A stretch of DNA of 64,000 bases, from the IMG/VR virus record IMGVR_UViG_3300035670_000121, positions 1-64,000 of that record, one strand, 5' to 3'. Shown one piece after another: positions 51,121-59,686 of this stretch. Numbering within the stretch: position 1 is the first letter of the stretch; the number at the start of each line of letters is the position of its first letter. Position numbers and translations under genes: made by a program. The stretch comes from a virus. Lineage: Duplodnaviria > Caudoviricetes. The notes beneath the pieces were generated by a model, which made no database searches, had not been told where the DNA came from, and saw nothing but the letters and a program-made list of their open reading frames with translations.

Positions 51121-52077
51121 GTGCATAGGTATCTTTATATAGCTTTAAGCTGTATTATTTTAAGCGGATGCGCCGTACTTCGCGGCACTAAAGCTAATAC
51201 AGCCAGTCAAACAGCTATTATCAAAGAAGAGAAAAAAGCTTTAGATATCGATAAAGCTATTCAAAATAATTCCAATGAACAGTTAAAACAAACCGCTGCT
51301 TATGCATACGGAGTAGGCTACTCATTAAATCAAGTCCAGAATCCTTCTGTTGAAGTTATAACAGCAGGCAGAATGAACGACAGAGTAGTTGCAATAGTCG
51401 GCGCTCCAAATTTAAAAGAAAGTGAAAGAATCCGCAAATTAGTCGATTATTTAAATTCCGAAATAGACAACGAACGATCTAAAGGAGAAAAAATACTAAT
51501 AGAAAAAGATAAAGAAATAACCGGGCTTCAAACACAAAAAAATGAATTAGAAAAAAATTACGATGCGCAAATAGAAAAATTAATCGCACAATCCAAAGAA
51601 GTAGCTAAAAAATCAGACGAAAAACAAACCACTCTAGATTCGATGAGTGGTCTTATGGGTTTAAATGCTGTATTTTGGGGACTTAAAAAATTTTTTTTTA
51701 CAACATTAACTTGGATAGTTATATTTGCAATTATATTCTTAATTTTAAGAATCGCTTCAGCAACCAATCCGATAGCTGCTGCTGCATTTTCCATTTTTAA
51801 TATTATAGGTTCATTTATAATTAATTTATTCAAAACACTCACGCCTCAAGCTTTTGGTCTATGTAATCTTGTTAAAAGTAATGACATGGTTAAATATAAA
51901 ATCACATTAACTAAAATAGTTGATGTGATTCAAGAATTTAAAACGAAAGAAGATCAGAAAGATGGCGACGAGTTCAGCTTGAATGAATTTTTAACAAAAT
52001 TATCAATTGATATGGATCAATCTGATAAAAACACTGTAAATGAAATTTTAATAGAAGAAAAGTGGAAAAAATCTTAA
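51121..52077 (+). CDS. Lipoprotein with coiled coil and C-proximal TM helices (spanin-like)
   Basis: Lipobox ILSG-C16; hydrophobic segments at about aa 190-235; GTGTA at 51107. Confidence 0.55.
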   Translation: MHRYLYIALSCIILSGCAVLRGTKANTASQTAIIKEEKKALDIDKAIQNNSNEQLKQTAAYAYGVGYSLNQVQNPSVEVITAGRMNDRVVAIVGAPNLKESERIRKLVDYLNSEIDNERSKGEKILIEKDKEITGLQTQKNELEKNYDAQIEKLIAQSKEVAKKSDEKQTTLDSMSGLMGLNAVFWGLKKFFFTTLTWIVIFAIIFLILRIASATNPIAAAAFSIFNIIGSFIINLFKTLTPQAFGLCNLVKSNDMVKYKITLTKIVDVIQEFKTKEDQKDGDEFSLNEFLTKLSIDMDQSDKNTVNEILIEEKWKKS

Positions 52078-52086
52078 TATTTTAAA

Positions 52087-52689
52087 ATGAGTGGTTTATC
52101 TTTTTTATATAATCATTTAGGCGATATTGCCAGTTTTTTAACTTCAACAGGTATGATTTATCTTTTTATATGTAAAGCTATGAAAAGATTGCAACCATAT
52201 ACCGATCTAACCGATCATGTTGATAGTATAAATTCAGAAATCAAAGATATTAAAAAAGAATTAACAAATAATTCTGGAACTTCATTAAAAGATTTAGTTA
52301 GCAATATAAGAGTAGATGTTAAATCCAACACTGAATTAACAACTACTATTTTAAATAGACAAAGATGGATGTTAGATAATCGCTCAGAACCAATTTTTGA
52401 AACAAATAAAGAAGGTAAATTCACTTGGGTTAATGATTCTTTTATTAGATTAACAGATCGTGGATTTAAAGATTTAAAAGATAATAACTGGATAAATATT
52501 TTACACGAAGATGTTAGAAGCGATGTGACTAAAGATTGGTATTTAGCTTTACAAACAGCAAGAAATTTCGAACACACAGTAAAAATTACAGATGGTAAAA
52601 ATAATTGTTTTCAAGCTAAAATAATAGCTCATAGACAAGAAGATGGAAATTATATTGGCACATTAAATAATATAGTTAAAAATAATTAA
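52087..52689 (+). CDS. Membrane-anchored PAS-domain protein (possible holin/sensor)
   Basis: N-terminal TM; PIFETNKEGKFTWVNDSF..WINILHED (PAS). Confidence 0.65.
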   Translation: MSGLSFLYNHLGDIASFLTSTGMIYLFICKAMKRLQPYTDLTDHVDSINSEIKDIKKELTNNSGTSLKDLVSNIRVDVKSNTELTTTILNRQRWMLDNRSEPIFETNKEGKFTWVNDSFIRLTDRGFKDLKDNNWINILHEDVRSDVTKDWYLALQTARNFEHTVKITDGKNNCFQAKIIAHRQEDGNYIGTLNNIVKNN

Positions 52690-52731
52690 GAAAATTATTG
52701 CAATCCTCATCGATTCTGATAACATGCAGTC

Positions 52732-53325
52732 ATGTCGGGTTATGCTAATCAGATAACCACTTTATTATTAGATAATTCTTTTTTACCTTATTCGTTCTTA
52801 ACAGGGCGAGCAGCATTCATTCATTTAATTAAAAATAATATTAAATGTTTTGATGCTTCAGAAAATATCGTAGATAATAATTTTGAATGGTTTAGAAACG
52901 AAGGGCTTTCATTCTATGAAGATCAGCCTTTTTTAACTTCGAAAGATAAGATTTGGTTCATTCCCACCATTGCAGTTATCAAGAAAAGTTTTTTCTATAA
53001 TAGAAAAAGAATGCCGCGCACTCTCAACATTCAAAAATTATGTTTGATTTTTGATTATACTTGTCAAATTTGTTATGAAAGATTTGATAAAAGCCAGCTA
53101 ACAATCGAACATCTATTTCCTAAAAGCAAAGGCGGAACAAAAGAATTAGAAAACATTACTTTAACTTGTCATAAATGCAATCAGATTAAAAAAGATATAT
53201 ATCCTTTCTTGAATGTTAAGAATGAATCTATATCATCTGTACCAATGCCTATACCAGTTCTTCCTACTAAACCTACTAAAATAAGAGAAGAATGGCGCAA
53301 ATACTTTCTATATAAGAAATTATAG
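52732..53325 (+). CDS. HNH endonuclease
   Basis: CQIC..TIEHLFPKSKGG..NITLTCHKCN. Confidence 0.85.
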   Translation: MSGYANQITTLLLDNSFLPYSFLTGRAAFIHLIKNNIKCFDASENIVDNNFEWFRNEGLSFYEDQPFLTSKDKIWFIPTIAVIKKSFFYNRKRMPRTLNIQKLCLIFDYTCQICYERFDKSQLTIEHLFPKSKGGTKELENITLTCHKCNQIKKDIYPFLNVKNESISSVPMPIPVLPTKPTKIREEWRKYFLYKKL

Positions 53326-53326
53326 T

Positions 53327-53512
53327 ATGAACGTTTCAGAATTCGAAAGAACAAAACCAACAATCACATTAAAGAAAATTAATAATTTAATTTCTTTGAT
53401 TGATGATGAAAGAGAAAAAACAGAAAATCTCTATAAAGACAGAGTTAAAAGCTTAGAAAAAATTAATGATATGCTTAAAGATTTGAAGAATAGTTTCAAA
53501 AAGGGTGAATAA
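53327..53512 (+). CDS. Hypothetical coiled-coil protein
   Basis: ORF track. Confidence 0.55.
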   Translation: MNVSEFERTKPTITLKKINNLISLIDDEREKTENLYKDRVKSLEKINDMLKDLKNSFKKGE

Positions 53513-54165
53513 TGAGCTATCTTCAAGCAAATATACCAATACAATCAGCTTATCTTGATAAATCTTTTTTGAAAAATGAAGAAGCTGGTACGATTGATGA
53601 ATATTTGCCTGTAGAAATATTTTCTATCACTTCTATTCCAAGAAGGTGTTTATTATTTAATGTAATGAGTGAATACGGCGCTCAATTTACAAGAGTGCCA
53701 ATTCAATATTTAAAAAATAAACTGAATTGCGCAACTATTTATCCATTGGATTGGATACAATTATGGGATAGTTTCAGTTATTATTTCAATATAATAAGAT
53801 TTGACTATTTGAAAAACAGCAATGCTTATATAATTCTTAAAAATAAAGAAAAGATTGTAGGCAAATATGTTTTTACTATTGATTGGTGCAATAGCGAAGA
53901 ATACAATTTAGGTTATTCAGAAGTTCAAGGTGGTCATAAATTAGCTCATGTATTTTGGGGCGAAAATGGACAAATGTTCGCTCAACCTAGCAATAGATGT
54001 TTATTCAGAGATTCTGGCGCTTGGATTTCTAAAAAGTTGCCTGATGATTTTAAAACATGGAAAGTTTTCTCAAAAGAATTTACTTGTGAAGGTAATGCAT
54101 ATAAATGGACTGCTGGTGATGATGAATTAATGTTTTATGAATTTGACAGAGACAAGATTAACTAA
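53512..54165 (+). CDS. Conserved phage hypothetical protein
   Basis: YLQANIP; QLWDSFSY; YVFTIDW; AQPSNR. Confidence 0.6.
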   Translation: MSYLQANIPIQSAYLDKSFLKNEEAGTIDEYLPVEIFSITSIPRRCLLFNVMSEYGAQFTRVPIQYLKNKLNCATIYPLDWIQLWDSFSYYFNIIRFDYLKNSNAYIILKNKEKIVGKYVFTIDWCNSEEYNLGYSEVQGGHKLAHVFWGENGQMFAQPSNRCLFRDSGAWISKKLPDDFKTWKVFSKEFTCEGNAYKWTAGDDELMFYEFDRDKIN

Positions 54166-54640
54166 ATCAGAATATGGTTGTTATCTAGCTTTAGCTGCTA
54201 GATCAAGATCAGAAGATCCACATACGCAAGTTGGAACAGTGCTTTTTGATGAAGACTGGCGAACTGTTTCAACTGGTTTCAATGGTTTTGCTCCTCAATT
54301 AATACCGCATGATGATATAATTCAAAACAGACCATTAAAGTCCGATTTAATTAATCACGCTGAAATAAATGCTATTTTATACTCCTCTCGCCAACCGTAT
54401 TACGCTTGTATGGTTTATAGCCCATGTATTCACTGCGCCAAAACAATCGCGGCTTCTAAAATAAAAGAAATTTATTTTCTTAAGCAATACAGGAAGTCCA
54501 ATAGTGAAACACTTGATGTCAAATATATGGATATTTTTAATTTTTCAGGAATAAAATACAATCAACTATCTATTGATAGTTTAAACAAGATTTTATTTTG
54601 GATAGATAAGGATAAAGAATTTATCAAATCTTTAATATGA
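54137..54640 (+). CDS. dCMP deaminase
   Basis: RSEDPHTQVG; HAEINA; SPCIHCAK. Confidence 0.9.
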   Translation: MNLTETRLTKSEYGCYLALAARSRSEDPHTQVGTVLFDEDWRTVSTGFNGFAPQLIPHDDIIQNRPLKSDLINHAEINAILYSSRQPYYACMVYSPCIHCAKTIAASKIKEIYFLKQYRKSNSETLDVKYMDIFNFSGIKYNQLSIDSLNKILFWIDKDKEFIKSLI

Positions 54641-54828
54641 CGGCCAAAAATTTATATTTAAAAACAGGAAAATTTTTAAAAGATGAATCGAATAAAATAA
54701 TGCGTAAACTTATTCATTCAAAAGATAAAAAAACTTTAAATCAAGCTAGAAAAGAATTAGCCGCAATACGACGACGAATAGCTATCGAAATCGAATTACT
54801 AGAGAAGTTTAGTGAAGAAAATGATTGA
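54637..54828 (+). CDS. Hypothetical protein
   Basis: ORF track. Confidence 0.55.
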   Translation: MTAKNLYLKTGKFLKDESNKIMRKLIHSKDKKTLNQARKELAAIRRRIAIEIELLEKFSEEND

Positions 54829-54885
54829 CACGACATGGGTTTCTGATATTATTGGCCTCGTTAGCGTTACAACTATATAAATACT

Positions 54886-55209
54886 ATGAATAATAATGAA
54901 AAGCAGAGTGACTGGAAGAAAAGAGAAAAAGGCGCTTTTTGGAAAAAAACAAAAGGAAGCACCACTTATTTGACAGGTTATCTTTCAGTAACCGATCCTT
55001 TTGGAAATGTAATTAAAGAGCGTGTGATTATGTTTTCAAACAAAACAAAGACTAATGAAAACGCTCCTGATTTTATTCTATATAAATCTGAAGATCAAAA
55101 TACAGAAAATGAGCCAAAGGCTGTCGCTGCAAAGCCAAAGCCTGTAAAGAAGGAGGTTAAGCAGCCGGAACCATCAAATGACGATGAGATTCCTGAAATC
55201 ACAGATTAA
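54886..55209 (+). CDS. DUF736-like protein with acidic tail
   Basis: GAFWKK..YLTG..NENAPDF; DDEIPEITD; TTGACA promoter at 54825. Confidence 0.55.
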   Translation: MNNNEKQSDWKKREKGAFWKKTKGSTTYLTGYLSVTDPFGNVIKERVIMFSNKTKTNENAPDFILYKSEDQNTENEPKAVAAKPKPVKKEVKQPEPSNDDEIPEITD

Positions 55210-55215
55210 GTAGTT

Positions 55216-55239
55216 AGCCCCCAGAAATGGGGGTTTTTT
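55216..55239 (+). terminator. Intrinsic terminator
   Basis: AGCCCCCA-GAAA-TGGGGGTT followed by a T run. Confidence 0.8.
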
Positions 55240-55710
55240 ATGATCAAAATCGAAAATTATAAATTGTTTGTTAACTCGAAAGATTTTGAATATTTAGTAA
55301 AAAAAGCAGAAATAGAATTAGCAGGTAGTAAATTACCATATTCAGAATCTTTAAAAAAATATCTTAAAAAATGTATAAATGATGAATCAATATTAGTATT
55401 ATATGAAAATGAGTTGCCTATTGGTTTTTATATCATATATATTAACAATAGAAGAGTTGAATTAAGTTTTACTTATATAGTATCTCAATACAGGAATAAA
55501 GGTTACAGCCATGAATTACGAATAGCTGCAATCGAAAAGTTCAAAGACAAATACGATAAAATTGAAACTTATATATTAAAAAACAATATAGCATCGCTAA
55601 AAGGACTAGAAAAACTTTTAGAAATATATAAACCTCAATATGAAAAAAAACAAATTGTTGATCAATTCGGGAACCAATCATATCACTTTATCATACAAGG
55701 ATTTAAATAA
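55240..55710 (+). CDS. GNAT acetyltransferase
   Basis: YIVSQYRNKGYS motif A; NNIASL. Confidence 0.75.
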   Translation: MIKIENYKLFVNSKDFEYLVKKAEIELAGSKLPYSESLKKYLKKCINDESILVLYENELPIGFYIIYINNRRVELSFTYIVSQYRNKGYSHELRIAAIEKFKDKYDKIETYILKNNIASLKGLEKLLEIYKPQYEKKQIVDQFGNQSYHFIIQGFK

Positions 55711-56332
55711 ATCGTTTAATGATTTTGCAATAGATAAATTAAGCAGTAAAAAGTTAACAAAAAACGAGAAAAAACTATTGAATTTTATTTTAAATATTTT
55801 GCATACATATGATATAAACGAATTGATGCCAGCTAGTTCAATGATCGCTTTTATGATGGGAGGTTGCGGTTTAGATTATCCACAGGTATTATCTTCAGCT
55901 ATAAATTCTTTTGGCGGTAATCATTTTTGTTTTACAAAGATGGCCGAATTCATGATTAATAATTTTACTACTCATGAGGATTATTATCCAGGTTTTGGAC
56001 ATCCAATATTTAAAGATAAAGATCCAAGAGTAGAAGCTATTTTGCAAAAAATGAAATCATTAAATATTAAAAGTCCAACAGTGAATAAGTGTTTAAATTT
56101 TTCAAAACAAAAAAAATTAATTTTAAATATAGGCGGTGTTTCTGTTGCTATATTATTAGATCTAGGTTTCGATAAATATACGGTGAATTATTTTCCTATT
56201 ATTTCTAGAATGCTGGGAATAACTCTTATTTATAAAAAAATAAAGCAAAACAAATTAAGATTTGCTACGTCTTTAGATAATATAGACAAATATAAAAATT
56301 TATTTCAGCATTCAAGCCTTGACAATGTTTAA
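55640..56332 (+). CDS. Citrate synthase/citryl-CoA lyase-like protein
   Basis: YPGFGHPIFKDKDPR; LNIGG..LLDLGF..SRMLG. Confidence 0.7.
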   Translation: MKKNKLLINSGTNHITLSYKDLNKSFNDFAIDKLSSKKLTKNEKKLLNFILNILHTYDINELMPASSMIAFMMGGCGLDYPQVLSSAINSFGGNHFCFTKMAEFMINNFTTHEDYYPGFGHPIFKDKDPRVEAILQKMKSLNIKSPTVNKCLNFSKQKKLILNIGGVSVAILLDLGFDKYTVNYFPIISRMLGITLIYKKIKQNKLRFATSLDNIDKYKNLFQHSSLDNV

Positions 56333-56347
56333 CTTTCTTGATAAGGT
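56319..56347 (+). promoter_or_regulatory. Sigma70-type promoter
   Basis: TTGACA-N17-TAAGGT; ATG at 56356. Confidence 0.6.
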
Positions 56348-56355
56348 TCATACCT

Positions 56356-57306
56356 ATGAAGCTTGGACTAGTTTGTATCTCTGAACTTTTGCGTGAAAAA
56401 TCTCCCGAGTTGAAGTTCAAAACCATGACTCGCACTCAGTTCCTTAAGAAAGATAGAGAAGAGTCTATACAAGAACTTTCGCGTAGAATTTCGCATAATC
56501 TAACTGTTACAATTGAAACAATCAAACACTGCAAAGAGATAGGAATTAAACACTATCGCATTTCTTGTAAGTTGTTTCCTCTTATAACCGATCCAACTCT
56601 TAAACTCGACCTAAGTCTTTTTCCTTATTTCAATGTAATTGAGCAAAAGTTAATTGAAATTGGCAGAACCGCCAAGGAATTAAATATATCCGTTTCAGTT
56701 CATCCTGATCAGTTTGTTGTGCTTGGTTCTGAATCAGATGATATTTGCGCTAATTCCATACGTGAATTAAATTTTCATGCTTGGGTGTTAGATATGATGC
56801 GTATGCCACAGGATTTTACTTGTCCGATTAATATTCATCCTAGTTTGTCAAATTTTTCTAGCGCTGAGAATTTTGTTAAGAAATTTATTCTTAACTTTTT
56901 TCAATGCGATATTGGTGTTAGAAACCGTTTGGTATTAGAAAATGAAGATAAAGGATTTTGGAATTGTTCTAATCTTTATGAATATTTTCATTTATTCATG
57001 AAGGCTTCGTATACATTTCATATTCCATTGACTTTGGATAATTTGCATGATGAGTGCAATCCTAGTTATGATGTAGAAGGTAAGGTTATTCCTTATCAGA
57101 AACACTATATGAAATTTTATCAAACTTGGCCTGTTCCTCCTGTATTTCATTGGAGCGAAGGGATTAATGGAACACTTAAACATGCAGATAAACTAACGAT
57201 TCCTCCTCCAGACATGGGATTAGATTGCACTTATGAAATTGAAGTAAAAAAGAAAGATAAAGGGTTCTTACAATTTCTTCCAAAAAAATCAGCTATTGCT
57301 ATTTAA
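56356..57306 (+). CDS. uvsE: UV damage endonuclease
   Basis: LGLVCIS; YRIS; SVHPDQFVVL; LVLENED; HWSE; HAD; EVKKKD. Confidence 0.9.
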   Translation: MKLGLVCISELLREKSPELKFKTMTRTQFLKKDREESIQELSRRISHNLTVTIETIKHCKEIGIKHYRISCKLFPLITDPTLKLDLSLFPYFNVIEQKLIEIGRTAKELNISVSVHPDQFVVLGSESDDICANSIRELNFHAWVLDMMRMPQDFTCPINIHPSLSNFSSAENFVKKFILNFFQCDIGVRNRLVLENEDKGFWNCSNLYEYFHLFMKASYTFHIPLTLDNLHDECNPSYDVEGKVIPYQKHYMKFYQTWPVPPVFHWSEGINGTLKHADKLTIPPPDMGLDCTYEIEVKKKDKGFLQFLPKKSAIAI

Positions 57307-57335
57307 AATGTTTAACATTTATATATTATTATATA

Positions 57336-57515
57336 ATGAAAAGCGTTACAATTAAGATTGGTGATGATGATTTGACTGATTTAGCTAATATTTTTAAAAA
57401 TGAGGCTTCATTTAAGCCTATGGCTAAAGAAGATCGTTTGATTATTCAAATTCTAAAACAAGTTTTAGACAATCCTAAAAATGAGATTATCGAGGCACAA
57501 GTTATCGATTCATGA
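57336..57515 (+). CDS. Small hypothetical protein, not in the ORF track
   Basis: MKSVTIKIGDDDL...; ATGA overlap with the next gene. Confidence 0.55.
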   Translation: MKSVTIKIGDDDLTDLANIFKNEASFKPMAKEDRLIIQILKQVLDNPKNEIIEAQVIDS

Positions 57516-57790
57516 AGGCTAAATTAAATATAGTCGGCTCAAATGAAGGCGGATCTTTTTTAAAAGAATATCAAGATCAAATTGTTAACATTGAGAGTTT
57601 ATATAAAAATATTGAAGCTAACGCTCCACCACTTGGAATACTCAGAACAGAAAATAATAAACAATTAAGCATTCAATTAATAGATATTAGATTTATCCAA
57701 GAATCTATTTATATACAATGCTTTGTTATGAAAGAAGATGATAGCAAAGGCGGTAAAGTTCTGATTCAATTAAAACCTATCGGTGAATAA
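57512..57790 (+). CDS. Hypothetical protein
   Basis: ORF track. Confidence 0.55.
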   Translation: MKAKLNIVGSNEGGSFLKEYQDQIVNIESLYKNIEANAPPLGILRTENNKQLSIQLIDIRFIQESIYIQCFVMKEDDSKGGKVLIQLKPIGE

Positions 57791-58090
57791 ATGTTTCCAG
57801 AAATCAAGAGTATTTTTGAGAAATATGATGATCATGTTTTTATAGTATCTGTTAAAATTGACGATATAAAAGCTTATGACAGTTTAGACTGTTTAAAAAA
57901 TATAATGTTTCTTGATATTATATCAGAATTATTATCAAACGATGAAATTAAATATATTTTAAATGATGATTTCAAATACGAAGTCGCAAAACAACTAATT
58001 TTAGAGAATTTACGATTCTATAAATTACAAGAATATATAATTTTAGTTCTTAAAATAAATAAACTCCCCGAAATAACAGAAAACTCTTGA
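57791..58090 (+). CDS. Hypothetical protein
   Basis: ORF track. Confidence 0.5.
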   Translation: MFPEIKSIFEKYDDHVFIVSVKIDDIKAYDSLDCLKNIMFLDIISELLSNDEIKYILNDDFKYEVAKQLILENLRFYKLQEYIILVLKINKLPEITENS

Positions 58091-58115
58091 CTTTTACATA
58101 AACATACAATATACT
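58087..58115 (+). promoter_or_regulatory. Sigma70-type promoter
   Basis: TTGACT-N17-TATACT. Confidence 0.7.
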
Positions 58116-58161
58116 TTACCCGAATTTTGTACGATTGTACAAATACATAAAAACTAAATAT

Positions 58162-58422
58162 ATGAATGAGACTGCTACTATTACTCAACCTGTTGTCTTG
58201 TTGAATGCTATCACCAAGGCGACGCCTGAACAAATCGACACGCTGTGGTCGATTCTAAAGTATAAGGAGATCGGCATCTATCGAAAGATCAAGTGTATGA
58301 GTTCTGTGCTTGGTTTGAATTTTGATTCAGTGGTTACTGATCTTCCAAAAGATGAAAATGGCAGAATTCTAGATTTTAAGACTCGCCATTTGATTCATGA
58401 TGTTCTAATCAAGAATTCCTAA
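58162..58422 (+). CDS. Hypothetical protein
   Basis: ORF track; ATG 58162. Confidence 0.6.
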   Translation: MNETATITQPVVLLNAITKATPEQIDTLWSILKYKEIGIYRKIKCMSSVLGLNFDSVVTDLPKDENGRILDFKTRHLIHDVLIKNS

Positions 58423-58424
58423 TA

Positions 58425-58616
58425 ATGAATAAAAGATATATTGTTCGTGATAAGGACGGCGCATATCAGTCTGCTTATAATCTATCCTTTGGTAAGGATA
58501 AGGCTTATGATTGGGCTTTGCAATGTGCTAAGTCTATTAATGGAATAATTTATTATTCAGAAGGAGAAAATACAAAAGAACAAGAGGTGTATAGGGCACC
58601 TGATCCTAAAAAGTAG
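58425..58616 (+). CDS. Hypothetical protein
   Basis: ORF track. Confidence 0.55.
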   Translation: MNKRYIVRDKDGAYQSAYNLSFGKDKAYDWALQCAKSINGIIYYSEGENTKEQEVYRAPDPKK

Positions 58617-58671
58617 AAGTAGGACTAGGAAGGTTTGCGGTCATCCTTAAAACCGCTTTTGTTTTATTCAA

Positions 58672-58818
58672 ATGAAGAAGTGTGATATCTGTCGTAAAGA
58701 GACGACTTTATTAGAGGATCTTGATTATTGTTCTGTTTGCACAGATTGTTTAATAGAAATTGAAGATACAAATAAGCAAGACGATTTATTCAAAGATATA
58801 CAAATAAATGAAGAATAA
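58672..58818 (+). CDS. Small Zn-finger-like protein, not in the ORF track
   Basis: MKKCDICRKE..CSVCTDC. Confidence 0.5.
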   Translation: MKKCDICRKETTLLEDLDYCSVCTDCLIEIEDTNKQDDLFKDIQINEE

Positions 58819-58849
58819 AAAACCCCGCAATCGCGGGGTTTTGTTTTTT
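58817..58849. terminator. Bidirectional terminator
   Basis: AAAACCCCGC-AATC-GCGGGGTTTT between convergent genes. Confidence 0.85.
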
Positions 58850-58850
58850 C

Positions 58851-59042
58851 TTATTTGTGATTTTCTTTTTTTGGATGATCTTGGCGATCTGGATGTACTT
58901 TTCTAGGACCATGACGCTTTTTGCGTTTTCCTTCTTGTTTTTGTTCTTTGTTTGGTTTTTTATGTTCTTGATTTTGTTTAGGTTCGTCAGCGAATAAATT
59001 TGCTGAAAATAATAAAGCGATTATAAATATGATGTATTTCAT
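58851..59042 (-). CDS. Small secreted basic protein
   Basis: Signal peptide MKYIIFIIALLFSANLFA; K/H-rich mature part. Confidence 0.6.
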   Translation of the reverse strand: MKYIIFIIALLFSANLFADEPKQNQEHKKPNKEQKQEGKRKKRHGPRKVHPDRQDHPKKENHK

Positions 59043-59107
59043 ATAATATATTATACATAGTTATTTTATAAAAAGAAAAACTTTTACAATTCCTTTACAA
59101 AAAATAT

Positions 59108-59686
59108 ATGAATGATGTATTTACAGATATTTATCTGAAAAAAGAATGGCAACAAATAATAGGAACTTTTTCTGGTCCCGGCGCTTCATTAGAATGCTCA
59201 AGTCCATATTTAGATTTTTTGCAAAATTTTATTAAAGATAATAATATTAAATCTATCTTAGATATCGGATGTGGCGATTTTAATTTGATGCAACATCTAA
59301 ATTTTGAAAATTTAAATTATAAAGGCGTTGATGTCGTTCAATTTTTAGTGGAAGAAAATAATAAAAAATATTCAAAATCAAATATAAAATTTGAGCATAA
59401 AGATTTAACTACACAAAAAGAGACAGAAATTTATGATCTGATTTTAATTAAAGATGTATTTCAGCATCTTTCGTTCAAAAATATTTTTCTTATATTAGAA
59501 AACATTAAAGGTAAAAATATATTGATTTCTAATGATTATTACAAGAATTATAATTTAGATATAGATGATGGCGGTTGGAGATATGTTGATATGTCATATC
59601 AACCTTTTAATTTGAAAGGTGACTATATTTTTCAGTGGCCTGTTTTAAGCACTACTAAAAAAGTATTTCATTATAAAAATGAATAA
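59108..59686 (+). CDS. Class I SAM-dependent methyltransferase
   Basis: SGPGAS; ILDIGCGD; DLILIKDVFQHL. Confidence 0.85.
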   Translation: MNDVFTDIYLKKEWQQIIGTFSGPGASLECSSPYLDFLQNFIKDNNIKSILDIGCGDFNLMQHLNFENLNYKGVDVVQFLVEENNKKYSKSNIKFEHKDLTTQKETEIYDLILIKDVFQHLSFKNIFLILENIKGKNILISNDYYKNYNLDIDDGGWRYVDMSYQPFNLKGDYIFQWPVLSTTKKVFHYKNE

